Source of the DNA: Candidatus Limnocylindria bacterium
Lineage (GTDB): Bacteria > Chloroflexota > Limnocylindria > P2-11E
Length of the DNA: 39,978 bases
Assembly: GCA_044866725.1 (NCBI GenBank)
Contig: JBIOUD010000150.1
Location: 1-39,978, forward strand
Direction: 5' to 3'
Below, in pieces: positions 33,417 through 39,978 of this stretch. Each line of letters starts with the position of its first letter. Position 1 is the stretch's first letter. The notes under the pieces were generated by a model. That model had not been told where the DNA came from, made no database searches, and was given only the letters and a program-made list of their open reading frames with translations. Both the position numbers and the translations under genes were made by a program.

Positions 33417-33824
33417 ATGGAGATGCGCGAATTCCGCGACGGCGACGGCGCCGCGCTGCGGGCGTTCTGGCAGACGTGCGGCATCAAGATCCGACCAGGT
33501 GACGATGACGCGGCGCTCGCGCGATTCGCTGCGCGCAATCCCGGGACCTTCCTGCTCGCCGTCGACGAACGCGGCATCGCCGGCTCCGCGCTCGGCGGCT
33601 GGGATGGCCGACGCGGCTGGCTCTATCACGTCGCGGTGCGGTCCGATCTCCGTCGTCACGGCGTCGGTGGCGAGCTCGTGCGCGCGATCGAGGAGCGGCT
33701 GCGAGCCGCAGGATGTCTGAAGATCAATCTCATCGTGTGGGACGACAACACCGGCGCGATGCGCTTTTGGGAATCCAGCGGCTACGCGCGCGCGACGACC
33801 GTCGAGTTCGAGAAACACCTATGA
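33417..33824 (+). CDS. GNAT family N-acetyltransferase
   Basis: The acetyl-CoA loop is HVAVRSDLRRHGVGGELV. 135 aa. Confidence 0.8.
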   Translation: MEMREFRDGDGAALRAFWQTCGIKIRPGDDDAALARFAARNPGTFLLAVDERGIAGSALGGWDGRRGWLYHVAVRSDLRRHGVGGELVRAIEERLRAAGCLKINLIVWDDNTGAMRFWESSGYARATTVEFEKHL

Positions 33825-34585
33825 GCGACGCGATCCGCAGGCAGTTCGGTCCAGCGGCGGAGGCGTACCTCGCGTCTGCGGTGCACGCGCAGGGCGAGGA
33901 CCTGGCCAACGTGGTCGCGTTCCTCGATCCCCAGCCGGACGAGACCGTGCTTGACCTCGGCTGCGGCGTCGGCCACACGCTGCGCCGCGTCGCGCCACGC
34001 GTCCGGCTCGCGATCGGCGCCGACGCGACGCCGGGCATGCTCGACGGCGCGCGCACGCTCATGGAGCGCGAGGGAATCACGAATGTCGCGCTCGTCGTCA
34101 CGATGGCCGAGGCGCTCCCTTTCCTCGATGCGTCGTTCGACGCGGTCAGCTGCCGGCTCGCGGCGCATCACTTCGCCGACGTGGAGCGGGCATTCGTGGA
34201 GGTCGCGCGCGTGCTGCGACCTGGCGGCCGGTTCGTGCTCTCCGACAACTACGCACCCGACGACGCCGCGCTGGACAGATGGATCAACGAGCTCGAGGCC
34301 GTCCGCGATCCGTCGCACGTGCGCGAGCACACGATCGCGCAGTGGCGCGAGCTTCTCGCGGGCGCGGGACTCGCCGTGACCGACGAGGCGCGCTCGGTCA
34401 CGCGACTCGAGACGGAGCCGTGGCTCGCGCGATCGCGCACGGCGGAACGCGAGGCCGAACGCGCGAGGCAGATGCTGCGCGAGGCGTCGCCCGCCGCACG
34501 CGAGGTCTTCGCCGTCGCGGACGGCACGTTCCAGCTGCTCAAGGTCGTCCTGCGGGCGACGACCGTAGCATCCGGCCGTGCCTGA
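33821..34585 (+). CDS. Class I SAM-dependent methyltransferase (Methyltransf_11-like)
   Basis: Motifs seen: VLDLGCGVGH, FDAVSCRLAAHH and LRPGGRFV. ATG 33821 forms an ATGA overlap with the GNAT stop. Confidence 0.85.
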   Translation: MSDAIRRQFGPAAEAYLASAVHAQGEDLANVVAFLDPQPDETVLDLGCGVGHTLRRVAPRVRLAIGADATPGMLDGARTLMEREGITNVALVVTMAEALPFLDASFDAVSCRLAAHHFADVERAFVEVARVLRPGGRFVLSDNYAPDDAALDRWINELEAVRDPSHVREHTIAQWRELLAGAGLAVTDEARSVTRLETEPWLARSRTAEREAERARQMLREASPAAREVFAVADGTFQLLKVVLRATTVASGRA

Positions 34586-35663
34586 CCGGCCGCTCCCGCT
34601 CACTGCGCGCGAGCCACCACGTGGTGCGCTCTGGGGTCCCGAGACCCTCGACCGGTCGGGCCTCGACATCCTGCGCGCGAGCATCGAGCACACGCTCCCG
34701 GATCCACCGCTCTCCCGCCTCACGGGCCTTCGGCTCACCGAGGCCGGTCTCGGTGTCGCCAGCGCCGCGATGCCCGCCAGCCTTTGGTGGCAATCCGGCG
34801 CGGGCGTGTTCCTCGCGGGCACGATCGCATTCGTCGCCGACCTGCCTCTCGGCGCCTCGGTCATGAGCGGCGCGCCACCGGGTACAGGCGTGAGCACGTC
34901 CGAACTCTCCGTGAGCTTCGTGCGGCCGGCGACGATCCGCAGCCAGTCGATCATCGGACGCGCGCGCCTCATTCACTCCACCCGATCGCTCGGGCTCGCC
35001 GAAGCCACGATCGAGGACGCGCGCGGGCGCCTGCTCGGCCACGCGACATCGCGGTGCGTCTTCGTCGCGCTGGACCCTCGCATGCTCCCGCCTCGGGTCG
35101 ACGCTGAGCCGCGCGGGGACACACCCGATCCATACCAGCGCGCGGTGGAAGGCGACGTCCGCGGTCAGACGTATTGGGACTCCACGGCGGGTGAGGCGTT
35201 CATGCGCGAAGTCGCCGCCGGTGAGTTCGTGCCGCCTGCGTTCCTGTTACTCGGTCTGCGCGCCATCGACGGGAGCGAAGGCAACGCGCGCCTTGCGGTC
35301 TCGACCACGGCGTGGCTGTGCAATGCCTTCGGTGTGGTGTATGGCGGGGTGATCGCGTTTCTCGCCGACGCCGCGATGACACTCGCGGTCGCGAGCACGG
35401 TGGCCGCCGCCACCGCGTACAGCCCGCTCGACATGAAGGTGCATTTCCTCCGTCCCGTGCGTCCTGGCGATGACGACCTCAGCGCCCACGCGACCGTCAT
35501 CCATCGGGGACGCACCATCGCCGTCGTGACGTGCGAGATCACCGACGCGCGCTCGCGGTTGGTCGCACTGGCGTCGGCGTCGGTGCTGATCCTTCCGGGC
35601 CGGCCCTGGGAGCGTCCGGTGCACGTCGCGGATGAGTTCACCCAGGACGCCGCCGGCGGGTGA
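34578..35663 (+). CDS. Double hot-dog PaaI/4HBT-family thioesterase
   Basis: There are two repeats of the hot-dog pattern (AGVFLAGTIAFVADLPLG... and NAFGVVYGGVIAFLADAAM...). GTG start 8 nt before the upstream stop. Confidence 0.72.
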   Translation: MPDRPLPLTAREPPRGALWGPETLDRSGLDILRASIEHTLPDPPLSRLTGLRLTEAGLGVASAAMPASLWWQSGAGVFLAGTIAFVADLPLGASVMSGAPPGTGVSTSELSVSFVRPATIRSQSIIGRARLIHSTRSLGLAEATIEDARGRLLGHATSRCVFVALDPRMLPPRVDAEPRGDTPDPYQRAVEGDVRGQTYWDSTAGEAFMREVAAGEFVPPAFLLLGLRAIDGSEGNARLAVSTTAWLCNAFGVVYGGVIAFLADAAMTLAVASTVAAATAYSPLDMKVHFLRPVRPGDDDLSAHATVIHRGRTIAVVTCEITDARSRLVALASASVLILPGRPWERPVHVADEFTQDAAGG

Positions 35664-36433
35664 GGCTCGCGGATCTCCCTGTCGTCCGACGCGTCCCGGT
35701 CGCGACCGCGGCGCAGATGGCCGAGGCCGATCGCATCGCGTCAGATGGGCTCGGGATCCCGCTCGACACGCTCATGGAGAACGCATCACGTCAGATCGCA
35801 GCGGTGACGCGCGTGTGCTTCGGCGATCTCTCGGGAAAGCAGGTCGTCGCGCTCGTCGGCAAGGGCAACAATGGCGGCGACGCGATGGGCGCGCTGCCCT
35901 ACCTGCGCGACGCGGGCGCGCTGGTCGAGGCGTACGCGATCGCGGCGCGCGACGAGCTCGGCGTGCTCCCGGGGATCCGTCACGACGCCCTCACGAAGGG
36001 CGGCATCGCCGTCCACGAGACCGGGCCCATGGAGGATCGCGCCATCGTGTGGCACCTTCAGCATGCTGACGTCGTCATCGACGGGCTCCTCGGGTACAGC
36101 GCTCTGAAACCGGCGCGCGGAGAGGTCGCTCGCCTCATCGTGCTCGCGACCGCGGCCGACGCTCCGAGGAATACGGTCGCGGTGGACCTGCCGTCGGGCC
36201 TTCATCCGGACCTCGGCGCGCGGCCCCTCGAGCGCGAAGGCGCCATCATGCACGTCGCGATCACGGCCACCCTCGCGCTTCCGAAGCCAGGCCTGCTGGT
36301 GAAGGCTGCCCGGCCTTACGTCGGAGAGGTCATCGTCGCGGACATCGGGATCCCCGATGAGGCATTCAAGCGTCTCGGCATCGAGACGCGCGGTCTGTTC
36401 TCGCGCGGAGACCTGGTGCGTGTCTCGCGCTAA
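35660..36433 (+). CDS. NAD(P)H-hydrate epimerase (YjeF N-terminal domain only)
   Basis: Motifs seen: VALVGKGNNGGDA and VIDGLLGYS. GTGA overlap with the thioesterase stop. There is no fused dehydratase domain. Confidence 0.8.
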   Translation: MRLADLPVVRRVPVATAAQMAEADRIASDGLGIPLDTLMENASRQIAAVTRVCFGDLSGKQVVALVGKGNNGGDAMGALPYLRDAGALVEAYAIAARDELGVLPGIRHDALTKGGIAVHETGPMEDRAIVWHLQHADVVIDGLLGYSALKPARGEVARLIVLATAADAPRNTVAVDLPSGLHPDLGARPLEREGAIMHVAITATLALPKPGLLVKAARPYVGEVIVADIGIPDEAFKRLGIETRGLFSRGDLVRVSR

Positions 36434-36452
36434 GCGGACCGATAATCCAGCG

Positions 36453-37301
36453 ATGCCATTACAAGGAAAGCGCGTCGCGTTCCTTGGCGGCGGAACGATG
36501 GCCGAGGCGATGATGCGCGGCCTGTTCGAGAAGCACCTCGTGCCGCCGTCGCACGTGCTCGTCACCGGCCCGCGCCGCGAGCGGCGGTCCGACCTCACGA
36601 AGCGCTTCGGTGTGAAGGCGCTCGCGTCGAACGCCGAGGCCGCAGCCGGCGCCCATATCGTCATCCTCTCGGTGAAGCCACAAGTCCTCCCGGCCGTGCT
36701 GCGCGAGCTCAAGGGGAAGCTGGACGACGAGCAGCTCGTCATCTCGATCGTGGCCGGCGCGACGATGGCGTCGCTTCGCGGCGGGCTCGGTCATGCGGCC
36801 GTCGTGCGCGCGATGCCGAACACGCCGGCGCAGATCGGCATGGGCGTGACCGCGTGGACCGCGACCGAGGCGGTGGGTCGCGAGCAGCGCGATCGCGCGA
36901 AGGCCATCCTCGGCGCGCTCGGCGAGGAGCTCGAGGTCGACGAGGAGAACCTCGTCGACATGGCGACCGCGCTCTCGGGCACCGGGCCGACGTATGTCTT
37001 CCTGCTCATGGAGGCGCTCGTCGACGCGGGCGTGCACCTCGGCTTCTCCCGCCGCGTCGCGGAAGAGCTCGTGCTGCGCACGGTCGAGGGATCCGCGGCG
37101 TTCGCGCGCCAGAGCGGCCGGCACCTCGCCGAGCTGCGGAACATGGTCACGTCCCCTGGCGGGACGAGCGCCGCCGCGATCTACGAGCTCGAGAAGGGCA
37201 CGATGCGCACGGTCCTGAGCCGCGCCGTGTACGCGGCGTACCGGCGCACGCGCGAGCTTGGCGCCGAGGCCGAGGCGCGCTCGAAGAAGGACGACGCGTG
37301 A
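36453..37301 (+). CDS. proC: Pyrroline-5-carboxylate reductase
   Basis: Motifs seen: VAFLGGGTMAEAM, VRAMPNTPAQIG and VTSPGGTSAAA. I trimmed the track ORF to ATG 36453. Confidence 0.9.
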   Translation: MPLQGKRVAFLGGGTMAEAMMRGLFEKHLVPPSHVLVTGPRRERRSDLTKRFGVKALASNAEAAAGAHIVILSVKPQVLPAVLRELKGKLDDEQLVISIVAGATMASLRGGLGHAAVVRAMPNTPAQIGMGVTAWTATEAVGREQRDRAKAILGALGEELEVDEENLVDMATALSGTGPTYVFLLMEALVDAGVHLGFSRRVAEELVLRTVEGSAAFARQSGRHLAELRNMVTSPGGTSAAAIYELEKGTMRTVLSRAVYAAYRRTRELGAEAEARSKKDDA

Positions 37302-37594
37302 TGCGCTGGATCGTCATCGCGGTCGCACTCCTCGCGGGCATCTGGCTCCTCGGGTACGACCAGCGCACCGACGACACCGGCGTCGAGGTCGCGCTCATCG
37401 TCGCGATCGCGCTCGCGCTCACCGCCGCGGCGCCGCGTGCCGCGCACGCGATCGCGCTCGGCGTCGGCCTCCCGATCGCGGCGAGCGCGGTGTGGAATGG
37501 GAGCTACGCCGGGGTCACGGCACAGCTCGTTGCGCTGGCGGGCGCGTGCATCGGGTACGTGATGCGGCGGGGAGTCGCGACGCAGACCGGCTAG
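37301..37594 (+). CDS. Hypothetical small membrane protein
   Basis: The sequence is MRWIVIAVALLAGIWLLGY...ALIVAIALALTAAA...VALAGACIGYV. The ATG overlaps the proC TGA (TGATG). Confidence 0.5.
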   Translation: MRWIVIAVALLAGIWLLGYDQRTDDTGVEVALIVAIALALTAAAPRAAHAIALGVGLPIAASAVWNGSYAGVTAQLVALAGACIGYVMRRGVATQTG

Positions 37595-38037
37595 GCGACC
37601 TGCGTGACCTCGAAGCGCTCGCCGGCCTTGCTGATATTCGCGACCGCGTCGACCGAGCTCTTCCACGTGACGCCGCCCGCGTTCAGCGCCTCGAACGTCT
37701 TCGCTGCAGAGACGCGCGGCCACATGAGCACGGTGTGCTCGTGCGGCGCGCCCTCTTTCAGAAAGCGCACGAGATCGTCGAGCGACTCGAGCACGACCGC
37801 GGCACCCGAGGACGTCCCCTCAGGTGCCCACTTCATCGGGCGCGGTGACCATGAGGCGATCCAGCTCGGCGCGGCACCGTCGTTGCCGACGACCGCGACG
37901 AGGGGTGTCGGACCGAATTCCCAGAGCCACGAGGCCGTCTCGGCGAGGGTCTCCGGGTCGGCGAGGGGACGCCATTCGGCGTCGGCCGGCGGGAGCTCCA
38001 CGACGTAGCGGTCGTAGGCGACCTGGCTCACCTGCAT
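37591..38037 (-). CDS. Hypothetical 148-aa cytoplasmic protein
   Basis: ATG start and balanced composition (MQVSQVAYDRYVVELPPADAEW...LDDLVRFLKEGAPHEHTVLMW). No family recognised. Confidence 0.55.
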   Translation of the reverse strand: MQVSQVAYDRYVVELPPADAEWRPLADPETLAETASWLWEFGPTPLVAVVGNDGAAPSWIASWSPRPMKWAPEGTSSGAAVVLESLDDLVRFLKEGAPHEHTVLMWPRVSAAKTFEALNAGGVTWKSSVDAVANISKAGERFEVTQVA

Positions 38038-38146
38038 TTTCGGCGTGATTATCTCCCTGGCCGCAAGGCTCGCGGCTCACCGAGATGGTCGGCGAGCGGT
38101 AGTACTTCGGTACTGGCAGTTGGCACGGCGGGAATCGGCTTCACGC

Positions 38147-38434
38147 ATGATCGCCGGTAGCGTCGTTGACGTGCAGCGCCTTTCCGATGAGGACGTCGAC
38201 CGAATCGCCAGCCGCGTCGCGGCGCGACTACTCGGGCAGATCGTGTTGATCGCGCTCGCCGCGGTCGCCGCGATCTGGGTGCTGCCATACATCGTGTTTG
38301 CCCTCCTCGGGTCCGTGGCAAAAGCGACGACGTCGCTGCCTCTCCCGGTCTCAGTGGCGATCCTCGCGACGATCCTGGCCGCGCCCGTCATCGCCCTGAT
38401 CCTGATGCGAACGCGACGAATTCGGGGCGGTTAG
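38147..38434 (+). CDS. Hypothetical small membrane protein
   Basis: The sequence is MIAGSVVDVQRLSDEDVDRIASRVAARLLGQIVLIALAAVAAIWVL...VSVAILATILAAPVIALIL. I preferred ATG 38147 over GTG 38045, which would leave only 7 nt to the divergent gene. Confidence 0.45.
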   Translation: MIAGSVVDVQRLSDEDVDRIASRVAARLLGQIVLIALAAVAAIWVLPYIVFALLGSVAKATTSLPLPVSVAILATILAAPVIALILMRTRRIRGG

Positions 38435-39321
38435 CCGCTCCTCCGGAGCCGAGGGTCGAGCGCGTCGCGCAGGGCGTCGCCGAGGAAGTTGAAGGCGAAC
38501 ACCGCGGTGAAGATCGCGATCCCGGGCCCGACGCTCATCCACCACTTCAGGTTCGGCAGGTAGCGCTGCGAGTAGTTGATGTCCTGTCCCCACGACGGCT
38601 CCGGCGGCTGCGCGCCAAGGCCGAGGAACGACAGGGCCGCTTCGGCGAGGATCGCGAAGGCCGTCGAAAGCGTCGCCTGCACGATGAGTGCGTTCATGAC
38701 GTTCGGGAAGATGTGGCGCAGCACGATGCGCAGCGGCGTCGCGCCGATGGTGCGCGCCGCGACGATGTATTCGCGAGCGCGCACCGCGAGCACCTGCCCG
38801 CGCGTGAGGCGCGCGTACGCGGGGATGGCGACGATGCCGATCGCGATCATCGCGTTCTCGATCTTCGGCCCGAGCGCTGAGGTGATGCCGATCGCGAGGA
38901 TGAGCGCGGGGAACGCGAGGAGCGCGTCGATGCCGCGCATGACGATGAGGTCCCACTTCCCGCCGAGGTAACCGGCGGCGAGACCGAGGGACGTGCCGAC
39001 GATGAGGCCGATCGACACGCTGATCGCGCCGACCCACAGTGAGATGCGCGCGCCCCAGATCACGCGCGAGAGGACGTCGCGACCGAGGTCGTCGGTGCCG
39101 AGCCAGTGCTGCGGTCCCGGCGGGATGAGCGCGCTCAGCACGTCGACCTTCTTCGGGTCGTACGGCGCGACGAACGGCGCGAAGATCGCGGCGAAGACCC
39201 AGGCGAGGATGATCGCACCGCCCACGATCATGCGCGGGTTGCGGCGCAGGAAGTACAGCGCCGAGCCGAGGCGATCGTCGCGCGTCCGGCCGAGCGCGAG
39301 CGGGACGGTCGCGCCCGCCAT
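38431..39321 (-). CDS. DppC/OppC-type ABC permease
   Basis: Motifs seen: HWLGTDDLGRDVLSRVIWGARISL and FNFLGDALRDALDPR. I trimmed the track ORF to ATG 39321, which forms a TGATG overlap. Confidence 0.85.
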   Translation of the reverse strand: MAGATVPLALGRTRDDRLGSALYFLRRNPRMIVGGAIILAWVFAAIFAPFVAPYDPKKVDVLSALIPPGPQHWLGTDDLGRDVLSRVIWGARISLWVGAISVSIGLIVGTSLGLAAGYLGGKWDLIVMRGIDALLAFPALILAIGITSALGPKIENAMIAIGIVAIPAYARLTRGQVLAVRAREYIVAARTIGATPLRIVLRHIFPNVMNALIVQATLSTAFAILAEAALSFLGLGAQPPEPSWGQDINYSQRYLPNLKWWMSVGPGIAIFTAVFAFNFLGDALRDALDPRLRRSG

Positions 39322-39978
39322 CAGGCCGTCACCGATTCGTACGAGATGCGCGGGTCGAGCCACGCATACAGGACGTCCACGAGCAGCGTGCTGAGCATGA
39401 ACGAGAGCGCGGACACGAGCACGACGCCCTGCACGACGGGGTAGTCGTGCGACGGGATCGCCTGCACGGCGAGCCGTCCCACGCCGGGCCACGAGAAGAT
39501 CGTCTCCGTGATCACGGCGCCTTCGATGATCGCCCCGATCTGGATGCCGATGAGCGTGACGACGGGGATGAGCGCGTTCTTCAGCGCGTGCCGCATGATG
39601 ACGACCCGCTCGCGAAGGCCCTTCGCGCGTGCGGTGCGCATGTACTCGTGGCCAAAGACCTCGAGCAGGCTCGAGCGCACCTGACGCAGGTTCAGCGCGA
39701 GGCTGGCCGTCGCGAGCGTCACCGCCGGCAGCACGAGGCGCCGGAGGTTCTCGCCGACGTCCTGTGTGATGGGCACGTAGCCGCCCGGCGGGAAGATGCG
39801 TCCGGGTATGACGTAGGCGAACAGGAGGATGAGGACGACGCCGAGGAAGAACGACGGGAACGACACGCCCATGAGCGTGATGCTCGTCGACAACAGGTCG
39901 ATCACGGAGTTGCGCTTGACCGCGGAGAGGATGCCGATGACGAGCGCGAGAGTGATCGAGATGGTCAGCGCCGCGAGC
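39321..39978 (-). CDS. DppB/OppB-type ABC permease (C-terminal part, runs off window end)
   Basis: The frame stays open beyond the track start. My translation upstream of 39905 gives LAALTISITLALVIGILSAVKRNS, then VIDLLSTSITLMGVSFPSFFLGVVLILLFAY...EYMRTARAKGL. Confidence 0.85.
   Translation of the reverse strand, partial: LAALTISITLALVIGILSAVKRNSVIDLLSTSITLMGVSFPSFFLGVVLILLFAYVIPGRIFPPGGYVPITQDVGENLRRLVLPAVTLATASLALNLRQVRSSLLEVFGHEYMRTARAKGLRERVVIMRHALKNALIPVVTLIGIQIGAIIEGAVITETIFSWPGVGRLAVQAIPSHDYPVVQGVVLVSALSFMLSTLLVDVLYAWLDPRISYESVTA

Overview
About 40 kb of very GC-rich bacterial chromosome (roughly 70% GC by spot counts). I cannot assign a lineage from sequence alone. I saw no rRNA, tRNA, CRISPR array, transposase or prophage. 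About 45 genes are present, mostly on the minus strand. They sit in very tight operons where neighbouring genes overlap by 1-4 nt (ATGA/GTGA/TTGA), and I used these overlaps to trim the over-long ORF-track entries. Most of the content is housekeeping:
- fabD (partial)
- a thrC-thrB-birA-degV-accD-accA string
- an AI-2E transporter and surE
- a cobalamin-riboswitch-controlled BtuF/C/D-like importer
- an aminotransferase
- an HD-GYP sensor protein
- a NUDIX / PGI-PMI / phosphomannomutase / NDP-sugar epimerase operon
- a Cache-HAMP-GAF histidine kinase with a CheY-like partner
- two Dpp/Opp-type permease pairs
- a GNAT-methyltransferase-thioesterase-NnrE-proC operon

The accessory-looking part is 1951-6253. 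It holds an Hcp/TssD-fold protein that appears to carry a twin-arginine (Tat) export signal, with no T6SS genes nearby. This is followed by a ~1030-aa secreted protein with a beta-propeller, seven ~95-aa tandem repeats and an unknown C-terminal domain. This is my best candidate for something undescribed.

Other points worth a second look:
- a BCCP-like protein in the acc operon whose biotinyl-lysine is replaced by glycine
- a DppC-like permease with an extra TM helix and a ~330-aa external C-terminal domain, in an operon with no ATPase or binding protein
- a FecCD permease whose conserved N-terminus has no canonical start codon (CTG likely)
- convergent genes that repeatedly share a CTAG double stop

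All family calls are motif recognition by eye. No HMM or BLAST search was possible.
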